Both the position numbers and the translations under genes were made by a program. The notes under the pieces are model-generated. The model saw nothing but the letters and a program-made list of their open reading frames with translations. It was not told where the DNA came from and made no database searches. A stretch of 64,000 nucleotides of DNA from Candidatus Bathyarchaeota archaeon (lineage in GTDB: Archaea; Thermoproteota; Bathyarchaeia; Bathyarchaeales; Bathycorpusculaceae): contig CAVZIW010000001.1 in assembly GCA_963775465.1 (NCBI GenBank), positions 160,001-224,000 of the forward strand, given 5' to 3'. Positions within the stretch are counted from its first letter, which is position 1. Each line of letters starts with the position of its first letter. Positions 30,775 to 39,875 of the stretch are shown in pieces.

Positions 30775-30848
30775 TGGGCCGTACCGGATTTGAACCGGTG
30801 ATCTTCGCCGCGTGAGGGCGACGTCCTAGCCAGCTAGACTAACGGCCC
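30775..30848 (-). tRNA. tRNA-Val(CAC)
   Basis: GGGCCGTTAGTCTAGCTGGCTAGGACGTCGCCCTCACGCGGCGAAGATCACCGGTTCAAATCCGGTACGGCCCA; anticodon stem TCGCC/GGCGA, anticodon CAC. Confidence 0.95.
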
Positions 30849-30933
30849 GTCATATGGATTGTGAATACATAGTTTGCTTTCATAAAACCTTTCCTTATCC
30901 TCTGCTTAGATTATAGCTTTAAGGTGAAACTAT

Positions 30934-31053
30934 ATGAGTCAATTCGACAACTTTGCAGAAAAGCATGAAGGATTTCTAATCTTCCTCTGTTTCCTTGGTA
31001 GCGCATTAGCGGGTTATGTTCTGATGAACCACTTTGCACTCTTTGGGATCTAA
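30934..31053 (+). CDS. Small single-pass membrane protein (39 aa)
   Basis: MSQFDNFAEKHEGFLIFLCFLGSALAGYVLMNHFALFGI; AGGTGA SD; T-tract after stop. Confidence 0.5.
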   Translation: MSQFDNFAEKHEGFLIFLCFLGSALAGYVLMNHFALFGI

Positions 31054-31296
31054 ACGAAACTTTTTTTTGATTTAGCTTTTAAATACTCAAGTTCAATTTT
31101 TCTCATCCTTTCTTGCTTTGACCTAAATTTATTGTAAGGATTTTAGTATTGATCGAATAAAACTTCTATTGCCTATGGCTGGCGAATGTACGGAAGAGAA
31201 AAAACCTAAGTGGGGATATCGAGCAAATAAGATTGGATACGATTAAGAATTTTCTTAAACAAAAAAAGAAAGGTTGTTGGCATTTGTATGGTTTTT

Positions 31297-33882
31297 CTAT
31301 GGTCGTTTTCTTAGGATTAGTATTGTTGCTGCAAAGCCAATGGCGATTGCTGCGATTATTGCGGCTACTGCTGGTGCAAAGTATATGTCAGAAGTCGATT
31401 GTATTGGAGTATCTGTTGGTGCTGGTGTGGGTGCTGCTGAATCTACTGCAAAGGCTGTTTGTGCATATGATGCATAGAATGCTTTTGAACCGGCAAACGT
31501 TGCAATGACTGTGTATGAACCTTCTATGTCAGGTTTCCATGTGAATGCGAACATGCCTGAAGAGTCGCTTGTTGTTGTTCCTATGTTTCTGTAGTTGCCA
31601 TTAGCGTCAACGACATCTATGGTTACGGGTACTCCGGTAGCATCCATTGGGCGTTCGAATTGTTTGTAGATGTAGAGCATCCACTCACTTTGGCTTGCGT
31701 CAGATATTGCGGGTACGCCATTTGGGAAACGAAGGCGCAATTCTTCATTGGTTGTTCCTGGAGAGACGTCCATTATGGTGCCTTCAATTACAATGCTGCT
31801 TCCAAGAGCTGTGACTTTTGGGGATGCGGTGATCGTTGTGGAACTTGGGCCTTTGCCTATGCCGTAGACTCGCTGGTCGTAGGTGTCCTGCGTTGCTATA
31901 ACGCTATCGCCGATTACTGCGTGTCCACCCCAGTGGGTTTGACGGAAGGCTCCATCGATTCGCCATATTTCTTCGCCGGTTGTTGCGTTAAGACAGATGA
32001 AGGGTGCACCGCGGGGTCTAGGATCGATCGGTGAGTGTTCTTCATGACCTACGTAAATTTTCCCGTCTGAAATGAAGAGTATTCCAAGCCACCAATCGTT
32101 AGCCCATAGTATTTCGTTGTATGGGTCATTTGCATGGTACTGCCATAGCAGATCCCCTGTCTTGGCGTCATAGCAGTACACTATTCCAGCAGCACCGGTT
32201 GAGTAGTATTTGTCGTATGCTATGCATGGGCCAACTGTTTGCGAGTAGATGTTTAGGTAGTATTCTGGGTCATCAGTTTCCCATAAGAGTTGACCTGTTT
32301 CAGTGCTGAAAGCATAGTGTTTTCGTTCCTCTCTCGCAAAAACTGAAATCATGCCATCTTTGCCTTGAGAACTAGCAGCTGCCGTGCTTATTGTTAGGTT
32401 GCTCCATTCTGAAGGTGCATTCCACGTATTACTGAAGAGTAATTGACCTTCACTTCCAGTTTCTCTGCTTAAGCCCCATAGTTTTACTGATGTTTGGGTT
32501 ACACTGCCGCCTATTATTCTATCGTCGAGCACATAGAGTACGCTTCCAGGTAAGTTGTTTGGAATTGTTTTGTTCCAATGGTATCCTGCTAATCCAAAAG
32601 GTGTGTTAGGTGTTGTAACTGGCGCACCGAACATGTTAGTGATAGGCCCAGTTGCATTGATTTTTTTTCCCATGGGTTGCCATTGACCATAACCCATTGA
32701 TCCTAGGTCTGTGCTAGCGTATAATTGCGGTATGTTTGTCGAGTTCCATAGTGTCATCCAGCCATTTTGAGTGTTGACTGTGTAGATCAGAAATTCGCCT
32801 TTTTCGCCTCTTGTCATGCTGCCTGTTGGAATGCCTGTTAAGCTGTATACCCAGTCTCCTGTGAAGGGATCAAAGAAGTTCCATGTGGGGGGTGTCGGGT
32901 CAAAGAAGCCACCACCAACAGCTGAAATCAGATAATCGTAGACGCCGTGGTAGTCGTAGGTGTCCCAGTACATTAGTTGACCTCGTGTAATTGTTCGGTT
33001 ATCGAGCAAAGGTCTAGACCAAAGTTCTTTGCCGGTGTGTAAGTCAACACATGCTGTCTCTTTGTATCTGTCGTTTCCAGCGTATTTTTCATAGTATAGT
33101 TTTCCAGCTATTATCAGGGGGTTTCCTCCACCGAAAACTCCTGCGCCAAATTTACCTTCGTATGCATCTCCCATGTCATACGAGTGTTCAGTTAGTGTTT
33201 GTCCGTTATCAAGTGCCCCACCGACTGTTCCGCCCGATGTAAATGGTTTTGTCCAAAGGATGTGTGCTGTTTCTGGAGCTTGGTTATATGGAGCAAATTT
33301 GTTTGCGGGGGTCTCAAGCCAACTTCCAGCGATTTGAGCCCATTCTCTGTGTTGCGCATCGAAGGGTCTGCTCCAGTATTCTGTTGGCAATGGAAAGCCT
33401 GGATAATATGAAACTTGTTCTTCTTGGACGGTAAGGGTCAATTCCTCGCTTTGGCTTGCTTGCATTACTGTATTGGGAGGTATTGTCATTCCAAATAAGC
33501 CAGAGACTCCATTTACGCATATTTGCTCGGGGAAGTTACTGTGCATCGTATAATTGCCAATTTTATCAGGTACAAAAACGGTTCCAGATCCACCCGTTGA
33601 ATCTGTGCGGAAAGGACCTAGCGTTTTAGTATTTCCATCTGGGTCTTTGACTGTGATCGTTATTCCTTCCCAACCGTCCGGTTGGAGAGACAATTGGTCA
33701 GGGATGCCGAAGTGAAGCAGAACTTCTTGGCCCACACCGACGGGATTTGGCAAGGCACCAAGAAAAGCATAAGTTCTTTTTATGCTTGTTTGTGCACTAG
33801 CTTGCGGCAAAACAATGATCGATGTTGCAAAAAGCGCTATCAGAAGAATTGCAATTGTTTTTGTTTTTCTTACTTTTATCAT
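31297..33882 (-). CDS. Secreted PQQ-like beta-propeller surface protein with C-terminal TM anchor
   Basis: Signal peptide; repeated D..TG..LW motifs; Pro/Thr linker, TM helix and RKRP tail. Confidence 0.85.
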   Translation of the reverse strand: MIKVRKTKTIAILLIALFATSIIVLPQASAQTSIKRTYAFLGALPNPVGVGQEVLLHFGIPDQLSLQPDGWEGITITVKDPDGNTKTLGPFRTDSTGGSGTVFVPDKIGNYTMHSNFPEQICVNGVSGLFGMTIPPNTVMQASQSEELTLTVQEEQVSYYPGFPLPTEYWSRPFDAQHREWAQIAGSWLETPANKFAPYNQAPETAHILWTKPFTSGGTVGGALDNGQTLTEHSYDMGDAYEGKFGAGVFGGGNPLIIAGKLYYEKYAGNDRYKETACVDLHTGKELWSRPLLDNRTITRGQLMYWDTYDYHGVYDYLISAVGGGFFDPTPPTWNFFDPFTGDWVYSLTGIPTGSMTRGEKGEFLIYTVNTQNGWMTLWNSTNIPQLYASTDLGSMGYGQWQPMGKKINATGPITNMFGAPVTTPNTPFGLAGYHWNKTIPNNLPGSVLYVLDDRIIGGSVTQTSVKLWGLSRETGSEGQLLFSNTWNAPSEWSNLTISTAAASSQGKDGMISVFAREERKHYAFSTETGQLLWETDDPEYYLNIYSQTVGPCIAYDKYYSTGAAGIVYCYDAKTGDLLWQYHANDPYNEILWANDWWLGILFISDGKIYVGHEEHSPIDPRPRGAPFICLNATTGEEIWRIDGAFRQTHWGGHAVIGDSVIATQDTYDQRVYGIGKGPSSTTITASPKVTALGSSIVIEGTIMDVSPGTTNEELRLRFPNGVPAISDASQSEWMLYIYKQFERPMDATGVPVTIDVVDANGNYRNIGTTTSDSSGMFAFTWKPDIEGSYTVIATFAGSKAFYASYAQTAFAVDSAAPTPAPTDTPIQSTSDIYFAPAVAAIIAAIAIGFAATILILRKRP

Positions 33883-34313
33883 GTTTTTTTCTCCTCTTTG
33901 TGTACACTTGTCAGTGTACACAGCGCCTTTTTGTTACCTTTTAGTATATAAGTTTTTAATTAAACGATACATACTTCAAATTTTTTATTTAAATAATGGA
34001 TTAAAGGTCAATGATTAATTAGGCACGCGAGTTTTTATCGCTAAAAGAATGAAAAAACGCAATAAATCGCCATACAGATTTGCTAGTTTGGGCCTACTTG
34101 TCTATATTTAATTATAAAAATGATTAACCAGCAAAATTGCAATTATAATCAGAGTAAATTAAAAATCTAAGAGTATAAAGAATAGGATGATGTAGCCTTC
34201 AAAACATTTTCTAAAAAGACAACTTAAATTTTCCCACGAAAACGTAAATAAACATCTGTAACATTGATGGTATAGCCTCTCCCTAAAAAGTAACCGAAAA
34301 CACCAAAATAAGT

Positions 34314-34390
34314 GCCGAGGTAGCTCAGCCTGGGAGAGCGCTCGGCTGAAGACCGAGTCGTCGCAGGTTCAAACCCTGCCCTCGGCACCA
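34314..34390 (+). tRNA. tRNA-Phe(GAA)
   Basis: GCCGAGGTAGCTCAGCCTGGGAGAGCGCTCGGCTGAAGACCGAGTCGTCGCAGGTTCAAACCCTGCCCTCGGCACCA. Confidence 0.97.
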
Positions 34391-34442
34391 CAATGGTAAT
34401 TTGGAATCAGTTAGCGACACTTTCAAGTGTTGCCTTATTTTC

Positions 34443-35066
34443 TTAAGGAATTTGACGCTGTCCAAATCGCATACAAACTCGAGTCCAAACTCTATTGAGT
34501 TTTGTATTTTCTGTTATAGATTCTTCTCTATAATCGTGTTTTTCACTTTTATTGTACATAAAAAGTGTAACTGCAATTAGAAAAACACAATTGCCGATTA
34601 TAAGAAAAACATTGTTTAGAATAACCCCTATCGCTGTTACGATGAATGAACAACAAATAATAAGGGATGCAATTTTCCAATTCATATATCTAAGATTTAG
34701 CGCAGGGGCTTTTGTAGTGGTCTCTTTCTCTTGCTTAATTTCCTTAGTTACGGTTGAAGAATTGTTTTGTTCAGCACTGTCTTTTTGAATAATAGACAGA
34801 ATTTGGTTTTTGTCTAATTTTCTGCCCAGATATTCTGCCCCTCTACCATCGTTAGCTGTTAAATCAAGTTCTGCCCATTCAAAACCTCTGAAGGGTACAA
34901 TGTGTAAATTCCATTTTGCCCCGCAGATTTTGCATGTAAGAGTATCTTTTTCACCGGCGGTTAAATGGACCGAGAAAGTTCCTTTAGCTGAAGCATTGCA
35001 GATTGGACAGGATTTGAAATAGTTTCTAAGCTCTATCGCAAATTCTTGCAGGTTAACCATTCGCAA
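34443..35066 (-). CDS. Hypothetical Zn-ribbon membrane protein
   Basis: CPIC...CKIC plus two C-terminal TM helices. Confidence 0.6.
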   Translation of the reverse strand: MRMVNLQEFAIELRNYFKSCPICNASAKGTFSVHLTAGEKDTLTCKICGAKWNLHIVPFRGFEWAELDLTANDGRGAEYLGRKLDKNQILSIIQKDSAEQNNSSTVTKEIKQEKETTTKAPALNLRYMNWKIASLIICCSFIVTAIGVILNNVFLIIGNCVFLIAVTLFMYNKSEKHDYREESITENTKLNRVWTRVCMRFGQRQIP

Positions 35067-35444
35067 TCACCAAGGCATATAATCTGCTAGTTGAATGCTT
35101 AAACTTTTGCAATTTTTCTCTTTGTCCTTTTGCAGCTATTTGCCTATATTTCTTAATTAAATTAGGCTTCTTTGTTTTAATGTTTTTATGAGGTTTAGCT
35201 AAAAAAACTTATCTTATAACATGCTTAGAAAAAGAGGGTTGAAAAACATCGAGAATTCATTAAGAATTGTATCCTTGTGGCGCAACAGACTTCTAATAAA
35301 GAATTTAAAAATTATTGCTTGGAAGGGTTTACTATAGAAAACTCTAAAGCTGAAGTTTGTCCCTAAATATGGATATAGTTAAGACGTAAATAAACTTTTA
35401 AAATAGAAAAAGGAAATTGTGAGGTTAAAATCTCCATCAATCCC

Positions 35445-35470
35445 AGGTTCAAACCTTACACTCGACTCCA
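35445..35470 (+). repeat. Degenerate copy of tRNA-Phe 3' end (att-like)
   Basis: AGGTTCAAACCTTACACTCGACTCCA, 21/26 identical to tRNA 3' end; downstream flank also similar. Confidence 0.65.
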
Positions 35471-35550
35471 TAATGAAAAATTTGAATAGCTATGGTTTTC
35501 TTTCTTTTTCTGAAGATTAAAATCATCCGAAAAGCAATCAGGCTTAAAAA

Positions 35551-35793
35551 TTAAGAGGTATTTTTGAACGCCTTGGATAGTCTCCAAATGAGAAATCCGA
35601 TTGCTGCAACAACGAAGCTTATGATTGTAAAGGTGTCTACCCTAATCCAAGGTATGAGATGGGATAGACCAAGATTAAGCCATTCTGGATGAGTCAATTG
35701 TACTAGGATGCCATAAATCCAAGCTATCAGGCCGAAGAAAAAAATAAATTCTCCGAAAACCTCGAAAATATTTAGTTTAAGATTTACAACCAT
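35551..35793 (-). CDS. Small two-TM membrane protein
   Basis: Two hydrophobic helices, ATG start. Confidence 0.6.
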   Translation of the reverse strand: MVVNLKLNIFEVFGEFIFFFGLIAWIYGILVQLTHPEWLNLGLSHLIPWIRVDTFTIISFVVAAIGFLIWRLSKAFKNTS

Positions 35794-35915
35794 AAATTGT
35801 AACCTTCTTTGTTTTGAACTGGTTTGAAAGGGCTATCTAAACTATCTTTGGGGAGTATAAAAATGAGGCTGCTTTGAGTTTATAAGACAGGTCCTGTAAA
35901 TAGATGTTGACCAAG

Positions 35916-36140
35916 TTATTGCTTTGTTTTCAGCCCAAACATAACGGCTAATCCGACAACAAACAAAATTACGCTAGCAATCATAAATGGCAAATAAGAT
36001 GTTGCGGTTATCTCATTTCCCAAAATAAAATAAACGCCAGCTTCGCTTGGAACATGAGAAGCTAGCCAAGCTGTAACTATTAGAAAAAAAGCTCCAAAGA
36101 TAACAATTGTCAAACCGATACTACGAAATTTGTTTACCAT
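35916..36140 (-). CDS. Small two-TM membrane protein
   Basis: Two hydrophobic helices, ATG start. Confidence 0.6.
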   Translation of the reverse strand: MVNKFRSIGLTIVIFGAFFLIVTAWLASHVPSEAGVYFILGNEITATSYLPFMIASVILFVVGLAVMFGLKTKQ

Positions 36141-36492
36141 CTACTTGCACTTCGTTAGACTGAAACGCTGAAACTCAATTAACATGCGAACTTTAGCATA
36201 GCTGTTCTTGAATGGCAATATTTTCGATGCATTGAAATTCAAGTGCTGCCCATTCTTCAGTTTTAACATCATTTTTCTTAGTTTTTGTTCTTCTGCGTTG
36301 CATAATTTACAACTTAAAGCTGGATTATATTATATTTATGAATTACAAATCACTATCACATTTAAGCGGTCTATTTCTGAATATCCTTATCATATAGTGC
36401 CAGTTATTGAATTTAGACTTGGCAAATCACTGAAAATCCTCTAAATCTTTAATAAATTCGTCTTAATTAATAGAGCAACTCGATACCGTTAG

Positions 36493-36518
36493 AGGTTCAA
36501 ACTCTGTCTTCGACATCG
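36493..36518 (+). repeat. Second degenerate copy of tRNA-Phe 3' end
   Basis: AGGTTCAAACTCTGTCTTCGACATCG, 20/26 identical. Confidence 0.5.
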
Positions 36519-36561
36519 AGATTACTTAAACATAGCTAAACAAATTATTTGAGGCTTAAAA

Positions 36562-37113
36562 ATGGAACTTGATGATTGCATTAAAGGTAGACGCAGCGTA
36601 AGAGCTTACACAGATGAAGCTGTCGCAGAGGAGCATATTGAAAAAGTTCTTGAAGCAGAAACATGGGCACCAACAGGAATGGCAAGAGAACCCTGGAGAT
36701 TCGTAGTTGTTGAAAACAAAAAGTTAATTGAATATGTTTCGGAGGAAACCAAACTTGCCGTTAAACAAGCTATGCCACCTCTAGCAGAACGTTTCTCCTG
36801 CAAAGAAGACATCATTTGCTATAATGCACCTGCACTCATAATGGTATGTGCAGAAAAAGACAGCCAATGGGAAAACATTAACTTGCTCGACAGCGTGCTT
36901 GCAACACAAAATATGTTCTTGAAAGCATATGAATTGGGACTTGGAACATGTTACATGGGATACGTGAACCTTCTAAACAAAAAGCCTGAGGTACTCAAAA
37001 AAATTGGGCTTCCGGATAATTATCAAATGATGGTTCCTTTCATAATTGGGCATCCAAAAGTAAAACAGGGTGCTGGAAAAAGAGCTAAACCAAAAACCAA
37101 ATGGATCAACTAA
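36562..37113 (+). CDS. Nitroreductase family protein
   Basis: RRSVRAY, AP....EPWRFVVV, NMFLKAYELGLGTC. Confidence 0.9.
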   Translation: MELDDCIKGRRSVRAYTDEAVAEEHIEKVLEAETWAPTGMAREPWRFVVVENKKLIEYVSEETKLAVKQAMPPLAERFSCKEDIICYNAPALIMVCAEKDSQWENINLLDSVLATQNMFLKAYELGLGTCYMGYVNLLNKKPEVLKKIGLPDNYQMMVPFIIGHPKVKQGAGKRAKPKTKWIN

Positions 37114-37699
37114 CTTTTCTTTCATCTTTTGGCAAAACAATTTCCTGATTCACTTCACCATACTTAACAGCTCTACCTTCCAAAAGTAAAAAACCCACAT
37201 AAGCGCAAGTTACCGCATCAAGTTCATGATCACTCATTTGCCTGCTAAGCCCAGATATGCCTAATCTTTCTAAGCTAACTCGTAATTTGTCAAGTCCCTT
37301 TTGTTTTCTAGGAATGCAAAGTACATCTTGAGCACCTCCTGGGTAAACTTCGATAACTCTAAATCCTTTTTTCTCAAAAATTTCTCTCAATGCAATACCT
37401 CTTAGAGTTAACTTTCGCATTGGTCCTAATGTGATAGGGAATAATTTTATCCCAATTTTAAGAATCGCTCTATCACATTCTCTAAGGTGCACGCTTGTTC
37501 TCTCTTCAATGCTTTTCCTTCCCGGCGGCAAACACAGAGGTGCATCGATAGCGATTAGACGAGGTTTGATCTTGGCAATTCTTTCCAGAATTTCTTCATC
37601 TGTTTATAGCAAGCATGTACTAACGTTCATATTGGCAAAAACACAGAAACCCGTAGGTCTGGTTTCAACACCCGCTAAATCTACACCAACAATCGACAT
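37106..37699 (-). pseudogene. DUF429 family (RNase H-like) protein with in-frame stop
   Basis: MSIVGVDLAG...IAIDAPL...R.CD...IEVYP...HELDA; single TAA at 37604-37606. Confidence 0.8.
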
Positions 37700-37906
37700 T
37701 ACAATCACAGGAATAAGAGTAATCAAACATGCTAAAATATTTCTTTTCCCGCCGCAATAGAATGGAAAAGTTGCCTGTTTTAAGTAAAAATAAGGGCACA
37801 GTCCATATTGTATCGTTTAAAAAAGACCAATTTTAGCTCATTTAAGTGCAATCAATAGAAAGTGTTTTATGCTGATTGATATGATACGTTGTTTCTGAGG
37901 AATAAT

Positions 37907-38071
37907 ATGGCAAAATGTCCCACATGTGGAAAAGAAGTAAAAAACGCTAAAAAAACTTGGAAGATGGCTGGGAAACCAGACAAACAAGGCAAACGGACAC
38001 AGCTTACCATTGGCCTCTATGACTGCTGCGGTAAGACCTTCCGTGAAGTTTTAGACAAGAAAAAGATCTAA
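37907..38071 (+). CDS. Cren7-like small chromatin protein with Cys motifs
   Basis: CPTCGKEV..KKTWKMAG...TIGLYDCCGKTFR parallels Cren7 (K.W.LAP.G..G..IGLF....GK.FR). Confidence 0.7.
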   Translation: MAKCPTCGKEVKNAKKTWKMAGKPDKQGKRTQLTIGLYDCCGKTFREVLDKKKI

Positions 38072-38142
38072 ATAAGGAAATTTTTTATTTCCTTTTCTAT
38101 TTTTTCTTCAACAACTTTAAAATTCCATACTTTAGCTATCAA

Positions 38143-38814
38143 CTAAATTATTCTTGTTGAAATTGTGTCCTTGCCTTCTATTAATGATAAAACACGCTCA
38201 GGAAACAAGCCGCTAACAACATAGCAATCAATATGAAATCTTGAAACAAGTCTAGGAGTACAGATGTCGACGCTTGTCCGCTCATTCTGTTCTGAAAGCT
38301 GTTTTGAAGATATTTTCTTAATCAGTTTTTCGTCAGAATGTTCTTTTGGATTGCCTCTATAGATCCCATCTACATCGGTAACAAGTAATACTTTCTTAAT
38401 AGACAAGCGACTTGCAAGATAAACAGCAATGGCGTCAGAGGTCACATTCCAAGAGTATTCCAAAGGGTCCTCGTTTTCCATAAAGCTTGATGGTAAGAAA
38501 ACAGCAAGTTTTCTTGAATCTAGCACATCCTGTATTTTCTTAATATCGTTAATTGGGAGTGAGTTAGGCATCAAGTTGACTAGTAGGAGCCCATATTGAT
38601 CCATGCCTAGAATTGCCATCCGATGGGCGATTCTATCCGACAAGTCAAAGCGCTGATTAACCACCCTTACTGCGTCTGCAAATTCGCCTCCTCCAGGTAC
38701 CACAACCAACTGTTGTTCTTTAGAATAATCACTCAACTTCGCGCATAATTCCTGAAGCGCCTGAGGTTGCAGTGCCAAGCTTCCGCCAACCTTCAACAAA
38801 ACTGCATTCATCAT
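38143..38814 (-). CDS. mfnE: [5-(aminomethyl)furan-3-yl]methyl phosphate kinase
   Basis: KVGGSL, VPGGGEFAD, AH.MAI..MDQYG, SWNVTSD, TDVDG; cluster context. Confidence 0.85.
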   Translation of the reverse strand: MMNAVLLKVGGSLALQPQALQELCAKLSDYSKEQQLVVVPGGGEFADAVRVVNQRFDLSDRIAHRMAILGMDQYGLLLVNLMPNSLPINDIKKIQDVLDSRKLAVFLPSSFMENEDPLEYSWNVTSDAIAVYLASRLSIKKVLLVTDVDGIYRGNPKEHSDEKLIKKISSKQLSEQNERTSVDICTPRLVSRFHIDCYVVSGLFPERVLSLIEGKDTISTRII

Positions 38815-39863
38815 GTACTCTCCAGTTTGTTAGCTAACATTAAAGACACCCCAAATGCGGGAGTAGCGTAAACCGCTTCATCCTGCAATAAGTCGCTTAA
38901 ATCGATTATTTCGTCAGCGCCAATTTTCTTTGCAGCTTCACGTGCAATAAAATTCTTCCCAAGTCCTGTAACCACAACAGGAAGCTTAGCCGAATTATGG
39001 AGTTTAATTCGATTGTAGACTTGGGCTAAACTTTTTGCTGCCCGATCGATTTGCTGTTTATGGATGTATTTTGCTATCTGCAAAAGTTCTTCCTTTCCCA
39101 ATATTTCTGTATCTGCGCAAACTACTCTCGCGAGTCTATCTAAAGCGTCAGGAATAGTTTTTGTTCTTCCATCCGCTGTTTCAGTCGTGTAATTGCTTTC
39201 CGTAATATTGCCTAAGATCAAGTGAACATCCGCTGATAATGCGAATAGTTCCGAAGAAACACCCGCTTCACCGCCTCTGATTGGAATTGACTGAACAATG
39301 GCGGCCACATTAGTTCGCAAACTTCCAGTGTAAACAAGTTCACCGCAGAGAAGCTTGTCCAGATCAGTTTTTCCGCAAGCAGTCACTTTTCCATCTACGA
39401 CGGGTATTATGCTGGTGCTTGTACTCCCTACATCAACAATTACACAATCCCTTAACTGCAAAGAAACTAGCCAACCTGTTGCAGCCCAGTTTGCGGCGGC
39501 AACTTCAAGTGGCTTTTTAACAGCGTCAGCAAGAGGGATTAATTTTGCCGCTATGTTAAGAACATAGATTGGTACATCAGAGAAAATAGTCTTTACAGAA
39601 GACAGAATGTGCTTGACGCCTTCTCTTTTGGTTTGGTACGCGTCAGACAATTCAGCTGTCATGGTTACTGCCAAACCATCAATTTTTTTGACCTTTAACT
39701 GCTGCTTTAGGTCATTGAGTACTTGGGTAAGTTTTTGCGGGTTTTTCCAGATTGGAAAGTATTGTGATGCACTCTTAACATCGAGTGTTTTTCCCTTTTG
39801 CTGTGATATGAAAACGGCTTTAGTATTTGCGCCGCCGATGTCATAGCCTAACACATTGACCAA
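38811..39863 (-). CDS. mfnF: Methanofuran synthase MfnF (hydantoinase A-like)
   Basis: DIGGANTK, TMTAELSD, AAANW, DVGSTST, YTG.LRT. Confidence 0.88.
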   Translation of the reverse strand: MVNVLGYDIGGANTKAVFISQQKGKTLDVKSASQYFPIWKNPQKLTQVLNDLKQQLKVKKIDGLAVTMTAELSDAYQTKREGVKHILSSVKTIFSDVPIYVLNIAAKLIPLADAVKKPLEVAAANWAATGWLVSLQLRDCVIVDVGSTSTSIIPVVDGKVTACGKTDLDKLLCGELVYTGSLRTNVAAIVQSIPIRGGEAGVSSELFALSADVHLILGNITESNYTTETADGRTKTIPDALDRLARVVCADTEILGKEELLQIAKYIHKQQIDRAAKSLAQVYNRIKLHNSAKLPVVVTGLGKNFIAREAAKKIGADEIIDLSDLLQDEAVYATPAFGVSLMLANKLEST

Positions 39864-39875
39864 AAATAGGTCTCC

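Noticed and set aside
18376-37606. TAA stop-codon reassignment
   Set aside because: Many intact genes here end in TAA, and two of the affected genes have additional lesions
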